Under the pieces are notes generated by a model. The model was given only the letters and a program-made list of their open reading frames with translations. It did no database searches and was not told the DNA's origin. 64,000 nt of DNA from assembly GCF_030144855.1 (NCBI RefSeq), contig NC_082727.1, positions 41,168,001-41,232,000 of the forward strand, in the 5' to 3' direction. The position numbers and the translations under genes are program-made. Origin of the DNA: Hypanus sabinus. Taxonomy: Eukaryota. Shown here in pieces: positions 1-13,000 of this stretch (position 1 is the first letter of the stretch; each line of letters opens with the position of its first letter).

Positions 1-410
1 CAGCAAGCAGCCTCCTCTCCATGGACTCTGCTTATGCTGACTGCTTTACTAAAGTGGAGATAAGAACAAAGACTCCACCCACCCCAGATATTCTCCCTTC
101 TCCCACTGGGTGGAAGATACACAAGCCTGAAAGCACATACTACCAGTCTCAATGACAACATCTATTAAATAGTGCTCTAATATAAAAAGATGGACTCAAG
201 CTCACAATCTACCCTGTTATAACCTTGCACTTTATTGTCTACCTGCACTGCACCTTCGCTGCAACTGTAACATTTTATTCTGTGTTCTGTTTTTGGTTTT
301 CCTTGAACTACCTCAATGTACTGCTGTAATGAAATGATCTGCATGGACAGCATGCAAGACAAGTTTTTCCACTGTACCTCTGTAAATGTGACTATAATAA
401 ACCAATTTAA
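1..410 (+). mobile_element. Rex1/Babar-type LINE 3' end
   Basis: Degenerate HP..SPL..G.RY.SLKA.TT.L.D motif and a 3' tail ending AATAAACCAAT; same family as 10620-10945. Confidence 0.6.
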
Positions 411-3299
411 AATGTCACTGTTAATGGTTTTAAAATAATAAAATTATAAATGGCATTGAAGGTTATCAAGTTTCCAAACAAAACCATGATGATACAATTC
501 ATCACATCCCATGGGTAAAATCAAAGAAGCAACTATGAAGAGGAATAAAAAGCTGATGTTTCAGGTGGAGACCCTTAATTCTGGAGACTCTCCAGCATTT
601 TGTGTGTTATTCTTCATTTCCAGCATCTGCAGAACTCACATTTATTAAAAAGAAGTGTTTTCACAAAGTGCTCATATATTGGAGCAGCAGTTTGCTAAAA
701 TATTAGTATTAAATTTAGATGTCATCTCTCACAAATTCCTAATCAAATCATACAACTTCAATTCTTGTGGTTGAAAGGATATCAGACAACAGTGCGCAAG
801 ATCACTGGACAAACAAAATGTGATGGGAAATGGAGGGTTCAAGTCCTAATGGATATAGATTCAAAGTGATGGGGAAATGACAATAAATGGTGGAAAAGGG
901 GGGGTTATATTTTTGCTTTAGAACACGTAGTGATAATGTTTTGAAATCCACTGTCCACAATGGTAATAAATATGAGAATTGCAAAAGGCTTTTTGGAGAG
1001 AATGGAATATAAACTAGAAGGAAATTCAGCTGCAAGGCTATGGGATACAGCTAAATAGCCATAAGTGAGCAGGCATGGACTTGGTGCTGAGTGATCTCCT
1101 TCCATGTCAGAGCAATTCTATGATTGTGATTAAGCAGGTTATTGAATTTTAGTCTTTAGAGAGATAATAGCTATGATGGGGGGGGGGGGGGAGAGAAACA
1201 TAGGTTCTCAATGTTATTGTTAATGCAGACTTCAATGTCATGCCTCCTGCATTTCTCTGGTTCATTCATGTACAATCCCCTTCTGATCAACAAAAATATT
1301 TCCTCTTGTTGATGTGAACTATTTTTGCTCTTATTTTAAAATAACTCCAAAAGTTGATATTCTAACAAGAATGATTGCTACATTTTCCATTGAAACAGAA
1401 GTAAATAATATTCTCTGGAAATGTTTATTCCTCTTGTATACAACTAATTTTACTATTGTTTCCTACTTACAAGGACATAATCAAAACCAATTACTAGTTG
1501 AGCTGAAAATTTATTTACTCACTCTTCCACCCCCCACCCAATAATTGGCCATTTGGCAAAAAACAGGTACATTTTCAGGCAAACAATTCAAACTTTTTGC
1601 TTATAATAAATAAACTGACAACTTGAGGTATTGACTGTAAATAATGAATTCAACTCCATTCATTGTCATCTGCACTTCCACTAATCCAAGCTGCAACCTC
1701 TGTTCCTAGCCCTGTCACATTACTGAATGGAATTTTATTTTACACACACAAACATATGCAATGTATTATATCCACATTCTGAAAGCTGCATTTTAAAGCA
1801 AATTCACAGCTAACACCAGAAGATGAATAGCCAAAGTATATTTTTAATATGAGCTCTAACCATAGCAATTCAAAACTGTTCACCCACACAATGGCATCAT
1901 GAATTTTGTGGAAACTAATTTACTTTACCAAATTTCTCAAGAGTTAGATCAAACAAAAACCTGACAGGAACTTAAGGAACTTATGAGATGCATGAGATGA
2001 TCAAATAGAGTTCTATTGTAATGAGCATCTTAAAACAGAGTGAGCTTGGCAGGGTGAGAGCAGGGGAGAGAAGATTTCAGATCTTAATGCCAAAGCAGCT
2101 GAAAGAACAGATTCATCAAAAGGAGTACAATACAGACCAGATCTGAAAGAGCATAGGCATCTACAGAAAGTGGAAGTATCCAAAAGATTGCAGGCAGGGA
2201 AAGGTGGAGTGATGAGGTTTAAAATGGTATGGTGAAACTAATACAGTGGTCAGTCCTGAAAATAAAGCTAAAACAGAATTCAAAAGTGAAATACTGTCAA
2301 AGCAAATGTATAAATGCACGATGGATAAGACAGAACAAATTAAAAATCTGTGCATAGATTTAAGATTATAATTTAAAGTTGAGTAGAAGATTGGACATGG
2401 GATGTTTTAGGGGTGGGAAAGAAAAAAAAAATCACAAGGGGTTAAGAAGAAAGGATGCAAGGGGAACCAGAAGAGCCCTGCAATTGGAAAAAAAGTAAAA
2501 AGGTTCAGATCAGGGTTTCATCTGCTTTATCAGGTAGTAGAGTTCATACCTATACCTCAGACACGAGCTTCCCGAAGAGATGCCATCAGTACAATCCTCC
2601 TAAGATCTTCCAAATTCATCCTCAAGATAAGCAAATCAAATAGGTCACCTCTCCCAATTCAACATCCCCAGCACTGAGGTCCTAATCATACACAACTTGT
2701 TTCAATGGGCAGGTTATGTTACCAGACATCTAAAACACCACTCTTTTCCAAGCTATATAATGATGAGATTAGGTGGTGAAGAAAAGACGACAATTCATGG
2801 GATTATCAATGCCTTCCTAGGAAAAATAAACAGCATAATCACATGGAAAACCCTGGCCCATTGCTATGTCAGACTCCGGATTGAGTTGTCAACAGCAAAT
2901 GTAAACAGCGAAGTGAGCAATTGTCTCCAAAAACTTGCCTACCATCAAGCATCTTCTGCTCCAACTGTGGCAGAGTCTACAGGCACCTCAAAACTGGAAT
3001 GAAAGCAATTCATCTTCAACCAAGGGGAAGGATAAATTATTAGCAAATGCTCATCTCTTAAGTCAAATATGACACCAAGGTTCTCAGCTTCACACAATTT
3101 AGGACTACTGTTTAATTGCGTAAGGATTCCATTAATAGAATAAATGCTATATTCAATGGCTTTCCAACAATGACAATTAAAAGATAATTAATCAATGACA
3201 TACTGTGACTTTATGGTCCTATCTATACCTCACAATAACCAATCTACTGCTGAATCAGAAAATTTAGACAATACAAAAAGTTAGATAATTACCTTTCTA

Positions 3300-4800
3300 T
3301 ATATAGTAAATAACTGAGTCAATGGCCTTCTGAAAATCCAAGTATACATGCACTAACTCTCTTTTATCTATCGGCTTCTTATTTCCTCAAAGAATTCCAA
3401 CAGGTTTGTCAGGCAACATTTCCCCTTAAGGAAACCATGTTGACTTGGGCTTATTTTATCATGTACTTCCAAGTAGCCTGAAATATTCTTAATATTCAAC
3501 TCTCATCTTGCAAACCACTGAAGTCAGGCTAACTGACCTACAACTTACATTCTTTTGCCCCCCTCCTTCCTTAAAGATTGGAGTGACAGTCGGTCCTTGG
3601 GAACCACCCCAGAATTTGCAAATATTGGAAGATCACTATTAATGCCCCCACTATCTCTTCAGCTACCTCTTTCCAAACCCTGGGGTGAAAGTCCATCTGG
3701 TCCAAGTCACTTATCTACCTCAAGACAATTCAGATTCCTAAGTACCTTCTCTTTAGTAATAGCAACGACATTCACTCCTGCCCTGACATTCAAATTTCAG
3801 GCATGCTTATGGTGTCTTCCATGATGAAGACTTTGACACACACACAAAAAAAAACTCGCCCCGATTTCTTTGTTCCCCATTCACTTCTCCAGTGTTATTT
3901 TCAGTGGTCTTGCATCTACTCTCACTTCTCTTGTACTCTTTAGATATCTGAAAAACTTCAGGTATCTTATATTATTAACTAGCTTACCTTTATATTTCAT
4001 CTTATCATTCCTTGTTTTTTTCTTAAGTTACTTTATGTTGGGTTTTGCTATACTGTACATCCTCTCTTTTGCTTTCATGCTGCCTCTGACTTCCCCTGTC
4101 AGCCAAGGTTGCCTCATCCTACATTTAAATTACTTCTTTGGGATGAACAGATCTGCTGAAATACTCTCAGAAAATCCAGCCATTGCTGTTCTACTGTCTT
4201 CCCTCTAGTGTCCTCTTCTAATCAGCTTTGGCTAGCTCTTCTCTCATGCCTCTGTAGTTACCTTTACTCAATTGCATTTTTAATGTATTAACTGTATTAT
4301 CAATTTAACTTCTCCCTTTCAAACTACAGGGTGAGTTCTAATCATATTAGGATCACTGCCCAAGGGCTCCTTAACTTAAGAACCCTAATCAAATATGGTT
4401 CATTACACAACACAGAATCCAGAATTCCCATTTCCCTAGTGGGCTCAATCACAAGATGCTCCAAAAGGCTATTGTATAGGCAAATTACTTCACTTCGCAT
4501 GCAGCGCAAACCTGACTTCCCACCCAATCTACCTCCACATAAAATTCCTATAACCACTACCCTTTTTGCATGCCTTTTCTATCTCCCACTGTGATTTGTA
4601 CTCCTCAGCCTGACTACTATTCAAAGGCCTGTATATAACTCCCATTAAGGTCTTTTTTTAAACTACGCAGTTCTCAACGCTATCCTCAAGGACTGTACAT
4701 TTTCTAATCCTATGTCACCTCTTTCTAAAGATATTATTTCTTTTTTTAAAAAAACAAGAAAGTTACCTCACCCCCTCTGTCCAACTATCTGAACTTGAGG
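3300..4800 (-). mobile_element. CR1-type LINE fragment
   Basis: Minus-strand LEHLVIEPTREMGILDSVLCNE (endonuclease end) plus RT N-terminal remnants. Confidence 0.7.
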
Positions 4801-6849
4801 TTCTGTGTTCCTTTCTAAGTGTTTTCTTCCAATTTTGAGTGGTAAAGGAGATAGCAATTCTCATGTGTTGATGGAGATGTAACACTCTCCCCACTCCCCC
4901 ACACCCCACCAAGAGGCTTTGAGAATATAATTAATCTCTTCCACTGCACACCTGTAACATTTTTGCAGACCAGAGGGCACAGATTCAAGGTGAGAGGGGG
5001 AATATTTAAAAGGGATTCAAAGGGCAAAACCACACAGAAGGTGGTGGGTATGTTGCAAAAGCTGACAGAGGAACTGGTAAAGGTAGGTATAATTGTAATG
5101 CTTAAAATGCAATTAGACAGGTACATGAATAGCTTGGAGGGACCTGGACCAAATATGGGAAACTACGTCTAGCTAAAATGGACAAGTCAGTATGGATAAG
5201 TAAGGCCATAAGGCCTACTTTTCTGCTGCAAAATTAGGACTATGCTACAATCTAACAGACTATTGTTCCCCCCCCCCCCAGGTTGTTTCATCTAGAATTA
5301 CCTAGAAAATACAAAGTTCAAAATAAATTAAAGTATGTATATGTCACCACATAATATCCCAAGATTTTTTTTCTTGCAGGCATTCACAATGGAACGGAGG
5401 AATACAACAGACTCAATGAAAAACTATGCACAAAGGCCATCAAACAACCAATGGGCCAAAGATGACAAACTGTCTGAATACACACAAAATAATTGAGAAC
5501 GTGAGTTGCACAGTCCTTGAAAGTTGAGGATGAATTTTGCAAATTCAGCCACAAACTGAAATTCAAGATGAGTATATGACACAAAATGTCCAGAATAAAC
5601 AGTACTGTACAAGGAGCAGAAAATACTGTCAAAAGATTCAAAAATTCGAAGTATGTATGCCATATACAACCCGGAGATTCTTCTTCCCATAGTCAGCCAT
5701 GAAACAAAGAAACACCATGGAACCTGTTTAAAGAACGCATCAAACACCCAATGCACTAAAAAAAAAGAACAAGTTGCATAAACATAAAAAAGCAAGCAAA
5801 AAAAAAGACAAGAATATTAAATATCAAACCACAGTACTTGAAACAGTCTAGGAATGTTCAGTTTAATTCAGTTCAATTGTGCCACGTGGATAGCTAATCT
5901 CAGATTCCAAAATCACCATCCACTCTCCTAATACCTACAATATTCTCCCTCAATTCTATTTGTGCCGACTGACACAATGTGTCATCCTCTGCATAATATT
6001 ATGCTAATAACAACTCTCAGGTTGGAAGTGTGTCAGCACCACATTAGGAAGCAGACCATCTTCCTTGAGCTTTCATTTAAAAAAAAACTTCAACTTCTAA
6101 ATGCCTCGTAATGGAGAAACTGCTTGGTCACTCTTAGTATTCCAAATGTGATGTCACTAGTATCTTAAGCAGATTAATTCATCCCTAGCTTCTGGGAACT
6201 AAAGTGCAAATAGCTAATTTATTCCACTAGGAGATACTTAAGGAAATAATCCACTAGTAAATACTTTGTGTTCAGGAAATTCACATTGGCCGATAAAAAG
6301 AAACACCAAATTTGCAGGAAAGTGAAAGAGATGAGCAGTAGGTATTCTGTGTAGTGTTATGCGATCTGTATTTTAGAAAATACAATGCTGATTACTTGGA
6401 ATAGTGACAAAGAAATTGAACTGTCAGTGTGAACAGCAAATACAATATACTCTACAACTTCACCTAGTGAAATTACTGTTGAAATATTTATTGACTGATC
6501 AGTAATGATATACAAAACAATTAACAGCAATTAAACAGTGATAACTCTCACAAAACTAGAAAATTACATATCAGGAATAAGCTCCAGACCAAGTTCCATT
6601 AATGGGATAACCTCTATCATAATAAATATTTACATTAACCTACAATTCACCATTTATGAGCATCAAACTAACAGAAAAAAAATAGTATTTCAATAAATCA
6701 GCCCCACCCAGAAAAATTCAAGATATATATCAGGCTGCAGCTTACTGATTACAACTTAGGAGTCAATGACATCTTTCTGTCAGTCCTGATAATCAGCCTC
6801 CAAAACCTAGGCCGCTGTACCTTTCTTTGTGACAAGTTTCTTGACTTTG

Positions 6850-8090
6850 TTGTTAGGAACCACAGTGAGTGCAAATCTATAATACCTTCTCCTCACTATC
6901 AACACAGGTGCACCCCAATGCTCTACTCTCTCTACACTCATGAACCTGTGGCTAAGCACAACTCAAATGCAATCTAGAAATTCATTATTGCTGTTGCCAG
7001 AATCTCAGATGGTGGTGAAGAACCTAGCTGAATTGAGACAGGTTGGCTAGCTGAGTGCTCTCACAACAAATTCATACTCAATGTCAGCAAAACTGAGGAA
7101 TGGATTGTGGAAGGGGAAGTCTGGAGAAAGTGCACCAGTCCTCAATGAGGGCTCAGCAGTGGAAATCATAAAAGACTAAGTTCTTGGGTATCAACATCTC
7201 AGAGGATATATCGTGGGCCCAACACATTAATGCAATCACAAAGCAGGCTTGGCAACAGATCTAATTCACTTGGAGCTTGAGGAGAATTTCACCGAAGAAT
7301 CTAACAAATTTGTATGGATGTACAGTGGAGAGCATTATAACTGTAATTATACTACCTCTGCTCATAATCTCTGCTACAATCTGAAGAATCCATGCAGAAG
7401 GCTGCACCAATCATCTTTCTACTCATTGTGCAGCCTATGTATTCTGGTCACCATGTAATTAGATTGCAAAAGACTTGGGAACTTCTGAAGTTATTTGCGA
7501 TTGATTAACATCACAAAACTGAAACCAGATTTCAGAGTAGGAAAAAAATAAAAACACAAAATGCTGGCAGAACTCAGCAGGCCAGACAGCATCTATGGGA
7601 GGAAGTAGTGATGACGTTTCGGGCCTTGACCATCCCATGTTACTTCACTCCTGATGAAGGGTGAAAACCTTTCATAACCTGAATCTGTTATGATGATAAA
7701 TCATAACCTGATCTGGAGCCTCCAGAGCACTGGATTGCACGAGGATCCAGAGGGTTAGCCGTTCAGCCAGCGCCATTCTCCACACCATTGATGATATTTT
7801 CGAGTAGCGTTGCTTCAGGAAGTCAGCATTCACCATGAAGGACCTGCACCATCCAGGACATGCTCTCTTATTACGTACTGTCAGGGTAGAGGAACAGGAG
7901 CCTGAAGCTTAATAAATCAGGAACTGCTCCTTTCCCTCACCATCAGATTTCTGAACAATCACTATCTTGTGATTCCTTTTGTTTTGAACTATTTATTTTT
8001 GTGACCTATAGATTTCTATGTCTACACTGTTGTGCTGCTGCAGAAAAACAGATTTCACATCATAGGTCAGTAATAATAAATCTGATTCTG
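6850..8090 (+). mobile_element. Rex1/Babar-type LINE remnant interrupted by the inverted duplication
   Basis: NTGAPQ..LYSLYTH RT remnant and a 3' tail AATAAATCTGATTCTGAT; split at 7348-7668. Confidence 0.65.
7348..7668. repeat. Left arm of a 321-bp inverted duplication
   Basis: Reverse complement of 8314-8634, with three mismatches seen by eye. Confidence 0.95.
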
Positions 8091-8313
8091 ATCTAGCTGC
8101 AAGTTGATGACAACTTTGGAATGATCAGTTATTTAGGGCAGGATGTGAAGTATTCAGGGGCAACTGTTTATAGACACACACTCACTAGGCAAGTCCAATG
8201 CCATCAGAATACTGTACTTCAACTTCTTACTTTAGGGGGATGGTCACCAATGGTGTAAATTTTCCAACATACAAATACTCAAAAGAAAAGTTCCTACACT
8301 GAAAACAACATGT

Positions 8314-8634
8314 GTTTTCACCCTTCATCAGGAGTGAAGTAACATGGGATGGTCAAGGCCCGAAACGTCATCACTACTTCCTCCCATAGATGCTGTCTGG
8401 CCTGCTGAGTTCTGCCAGCATTTTGTGTTTTTATTTTTTTCCTACTCTGAAATCTGGTTTCAGTTCTGTGATGTTAATCAGTCGCAAATAACTTCAGAAG
8501 TTCCCAAGTCTTTTGCAATCTAATTACATGGTGACCAGAATACATAGGCTGCACAATGAGTAGAAAGATGATTGGTGCAGCCTTCTACATGGATTCTTCA
8601 GATTGTAGCAGAGATTATGAGCAGAGGTAGTATA
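8314..8634. repeat. Right arm of a 321-bp inverted duplication
   Basis: Reverse complement of 7348-7668. Confidence 0.95.
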
Positions 8635-8952
8635 GATCAAAGATCATAGGAGATGAACTAAATTTAACCAGTAGTTGTGGAGTAAAATACTGAGTGAGGA
8701 ACTATATGTCTTCTGGGGCTGTAAAGAAATCTGCACAATAATTTTCCAAGTTGTAGAATGCACACATGCAACCCAGTTATCCATAAAGCAACTCAGAAGG
8801 ACAAGCACAGTCCCCAGTGATTAGTTTTTTTTTAAACCATTGGACCCATTCCTCTTCACCACTTAGCAAGATATTTCACCATGTAACTAGAAAAGGAAGG
8901 AAAGAAAAAAAAACAAAGAAATATGCAGATGGGACAAAGAATTATTTAGCCT

Positions 8953-9647
8953 TGCAAAAACGAGGAAATCTGCAGATGCTGGAAATTCAAGCAACACACA
9001 CAAAATGCTGGTGGAACACAGCAGGCCAGGCAGCATCTAAAGGAAGAATCACAGTCGACATTTCGGGCCGAGACCCTTCGTCAGGACTAACTGAAAGAAA
9101 AGATAGTAAGAGATTTGAAAGTAGGAGGGGGAGGGGGAAATCCAAAATAATAGGAGACTGGAGGGGGTGGGGTGAAGCTAAGAGCTGGAAAGGTGATTGG
9201 CAAAAGGAATACAGAGCTGAAGAAGGGAAAGGATCATGGGATGGGAGGCCTAGGGAGAAAGAAAGGAGGAGGGGAGCACCAGAGGGAGATGGAGAACAAT
9301 GATTGTGAGAGGGGTGGAGAGAGAAAAAAAGGGTAGGGGAATACACACACACACACACACAAATAAATAAATAAGGGATGGGTTAAGAAGGGGTGGAGGG
9401 GCATTAACAGAAGTTAGACAAATCGATGTTCATGCCATCAGGTTGGAGGCTACCCAGATGGAATACAAGGTTGTTCCTCCAACCTGAGAGTGGCTTCATC
9501 TTGACAGTAGAGGAGGCCATGGATAGACATATCAGAACGGGAATGGGATGTGGAATTAAAATGTGTGGCCACCGGGAGATCCTGCTTTCTCTAGCGGACA
9601 GAACGTAGGTGTTCAGTGAAACAGTCTCCCAGTCTGCATTGGGTCTC
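8953..9647 (-). mobile_element. Penelope-like element, 5'-truncated
   Basis: C-terminal motif LVFHLGSLQPDGMNID, a terminal repeat with the hammerhead core, and a 13-bp TSD AATTATTTAGCCT (8940-8952 / 9648-9660). Confidence 0.8.
9052..9089 (-). ncRNA. Minimal type I hammerhead ribozyme motif in a Penelope-like terminal repeat
   Basis: Minus strand: UAGUC-CUGACGA-A-GGG(UCUCGG)CCC-GAAA-U-GUC-GACUG. The CUGANGA, GAAA and NUH cores are all present, with helix I UAGUC/GACUG and helix II GGG/CCC. Confidence 0.65.
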
Positions 9648-9926
9648 AATTATTTAGCCTGATTATTTGAGCAACCCCAAGTTACTGTGTTGTAAAACAA
9701 AGATTTGGAGAAAAGCTGTGAAGTATTTTCTAAGTTTTCAGAAATATTTTCCCTCAAATACTAGCAAATTTGAAAGCTAGTTGTAAAAACTTGCTCATTA
9801 AACTTGCTCTCAAAAACATCTTGTATAGCTTTCTGTAACATTAAGTTACTACTAAATATCATTCCAAAATTTCTGTTCAAACAATAAACCATATAGCCAT
9901 TCAAGAATCTGTCAATGTTTATAATA

Positions 9927-10117
9927 TAGGTGACCCCCCCTTTACAAAGGTAGAGCATTCCTATGAAACCTTTAAGCCGAAACGGCGTAAAACGAAGAAC
10001 CATTAATTTATATGGGAAAATTTTTTGTAAAAGCGAAAATCCTCTTTGTAATGCAAAAACAGATTACTAATGTAGGTTTTTTGTAAAAGCAAAGCGGCGT
10101 AAAGCAGGGGACACCTG
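9927..10117. mobile_element. Tigger-like MITE
   Basis: TA|TAGGTGACCCC ... GGGGACACCTG|TA with an internally palindromic body. Confidence 0.7.
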
Positions 10118-10619
10118 TAATTATTTAAATAGAGAGGACAAGATCAAAGCATGAAGAGGACATTTGACTCATGGACATATTCTGATTCTTTGAAAGACCT
10201 ATTACTGTACCCTATTCTCAATTTTTCCTAATATGCATCTTTTGAGTCTACACTTCTTGTTGAATATTCCAAACATCACAAAAAGTCTAATTTTTCCTTT
10301 TTGTACTCATTACCTTAAAATTCCTCAAATAGAAAGGCTATTGGTGAAGAACTAGTAATTAAAAATATGAATAACTTCTTAACATATTGCCTATGCAAAC
10401 ATACAGGCTTCCAGAGGTTAACAAACCTATTGTGTGAAAAAATGTAAGAAATTATAAACTATTCCTAGATACCAGTCATCATAGATAAGTCAGAAGCTGA
10501 ATCCATCTCCTCGCAGAAGGAATGCAGTAAATCAAAACCGAAATGCCTTTGTGTTTTAGCAAGCCAAAACTTACAAGTCATTCACGTAATCACCATGTTT
10601 CAAAGGCATGTTACCAAAA

Positions 10620-10945
10620 TCCACACCAGCCATTCTACACTCTCCCATTGGGCAGAAGATACAAAAGCCTGAAAGTGTGTACTCCCAGGCTCATGGATAG
10701 CTTCTATCTCGCTGTTTTTAGACTCCAGAATGGACCTCTTGCAGATAAGAAACTCTTCCACTCACTACCTACTTCATTATGATCTTGCATTTGGTCCATC
10801 TGCATTGCACTCTGTAGCTTTTACATTTTATTCTGCATTATTGATTTACTTTGTTCCACTTCAATGCACTGTTTAATGATGTCATCTGTAGGAACAGTGT
10901 GCAAGACAAGCTTTTCACTTAATACATGACAATAATAAACCAATA
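10620..10945 (+). mobile_element. Rex1/Babar-type LINE 3' end
   Basis: LPLGRRYKSLKVCTPRLMDSFY followed by a tail ending AATAAACCAAT. Confidence 0.7.
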
Positions 10946-11429
10946 CTCTTCATTGTCACAAACAAAACCGGTAATCCACAAGTTAAATAACACACTTTAA
11001 TGAAGACTTTTTTAAAGAGTTATGTTTGCTCATGATGGGAGGCCTGTTGAATACATCTATTTTGTGACAATAAGAGGAACAGTCAGTCAAGGTTGGGAAT
11101 TTGTTAGAACAATGTACACATAATTTTACTGTTAATTCTTCAGCATTGTTAATAAATCATTTCAGTATTGATATTCATTGTGCCCACTTGCAAGCATTAA
11201 TTCTGTAGCATTAATAGTGGCAATAATCAGCTGTGGAGTTACAAACTTTCCGACTAAAAGGAGGGTAGTTCTGTTTTGTAATTCCAAGTGAAGCCCTGGC
11301 TTCCTTTGAGGAGTTTGTATGTTCTCCCCATGACCATGAGGGTTTCCTCTGGGTGTTCCAGTTTCCTGTCACACTCCAAAGACGTATCAGTTAATAGGTT
11401 AACTGGTCATTGTAAACTGTCCCATGATT

Positions 11430-11729
11430 GGTGGCATCCATCAGTCTCGAGAGACCATGGATCTGCTCCTGGAATTTCCAGGGCACAGGCCTGGGCAGGG
11501 TTGTATGGGAGACCAGCAGTTGCCCGAGCTGCAGGCCTACCCCTCTCCACACCACCGATGTTGTCCAAGGGAAGGGCACTAGGACCCATGCAGCTTGGCA
11601 CCAGTGATTTCGCAGAGCAATGTGTTTTTAAGTGCCTTGCTCAAGGACACAAACACGCTGCCTCAGCTGAGGCTCGAACCAGTGACCTTCAGGTTACTAG
11701 TCTGATGCCTTGCCCACTAGGCCACGCGA
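11430..11729 (-). mobile_element. tRNA-derived SINE nested in another SINE
   Basis: Box A TGGCCTAGTGG, box B GGTTCGAGCC and central GTGTCCTTGAGCAAGGCACTTAA. TSD CATGATT; the host V-SINE-like repeat spans ~11305-11815. Confidence 0.8.
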
Positions 11730-11929
11730 CATGATTAGGCTCGTATTAAATCGGAGGCTGCTGGGGGTGCAGCTCGAAGGGCCAGTTCCACACTGTATCG
11801 CAATAATAAATAAAAACGAACACCAATGGTGCAAAATAATCTTTTGTACCTTTTCTTTTCCTACCTGCATACAGGCAGAGACCAAAGAGCAAGGCTCCAC
11901 AGGTAAGGACAACAAAGAAATAGTTGTGG

Positions 11930-13000
11930 GAGGCAGAGGAATGGCTACACATTGCTTCGAGATGTTCAAGGATCTTTATAGTCAGTTTTAGGCAAGTGTG
12001 TCCCTACAAGATCATTCAGTCTTCCTCAACCGTAAGCCATGGTTGAAAAGTGACCCGCAATCTGTTAGGGGACAAATCAGTGGCATTCAGGTCTGGCAAC
12101 CATATAAGATACAAGAGGTACAGGTATCTCACATGCAAAGTGCCAATTGTGGACCAAACATGAATCACAGAAGGATGCTTGACAGCGATGGCAAAAGTTG
12201 AATACCATCACCTCCTACAAATCCAAGCTCGCAGGTGAGCTCAATGCATTTCATGCCTGCTTCGACTAAGAAAACAGATAGGCATTTTCACAAATTTCCA
12301 CAGCCAACAACCCTGTGATTTCAGTTGGAGGCTGACACGAGAAGGTGAGCCCATGGAAAGCATCTGGGCCACCTGCCGAGTACTGAAGACCTGTGCTAAT
12401 CGTGGCTGGAGTGCTTACTGATATCTTCAGCCTCTCACTTCAGCAGTCTGTGGTACCCATCTGCTTCAAGCAGGGTTCAATCATACCCAAGCCCAGGAAG
12501 AACATGGCAACCTGCCTCAATGACTACTGTCCAGTGACACCTACATCCACAGTGATGAAATGCTTTGAAAGGTTGGTGATGAAGCACATCAATTCCTGCC
12601 CAAGGAACAATTTGGATCTACTCCAAATTGCCTACCATCACAACAGGTCAAGAGCAGATGTCATTTCCTTGGCTCTTCATCCAGGCCATGCTCCTTTCTC
12701 ACTGCTGGCATCAGGAAGGTCTCACACCACAAGGCTGAGGTACAGTTATAACTGTCACTGTTAAGCTCTTCAACCAGAGGGAATAACTTCACTCCCCCAC
12801 CATTGAACTTTTTCCACACAATATGGATTCATTTCATGGACTCTTGTTTTTTTTCCCCCTTTTAGTATTTGCACAGTTTATTGTCGTTTGTACACTGGCT
12901 GTTTTTCTGTCTTTACGTGCGCTTTTATATCAATTCTGACGTGTTTCTCTGCTAGAAAATGAATCTTGGGGTAGTATATAGTGACATATATGTAGTCTGA
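11930..13000 (+). mobile_element. Rex1/Babar-type LINE remnant
   Basis: GVLTDIFSLSLQQSVVPICFK..IIPKP..CLNDYCPV..TSTVMKCFERLV (RT N-terminus), joined to a 3' end. Confidence 0.8.

Noticed and set aside
1177-1192. Poly-G run as a functional G-quadruplex
   Set aside because: Simple homopolymer like several others in the window, with no supporting context.
8817-9358. 161-aa and 123-aa ORFs
   Set aside because: Read-through of the low-complexity Penelope terminal repeat.
11660-11729. tRNA gene
   Set aside because: tRNA-like head of a SINE, continuous with the SINE body and flanked by a TSD.
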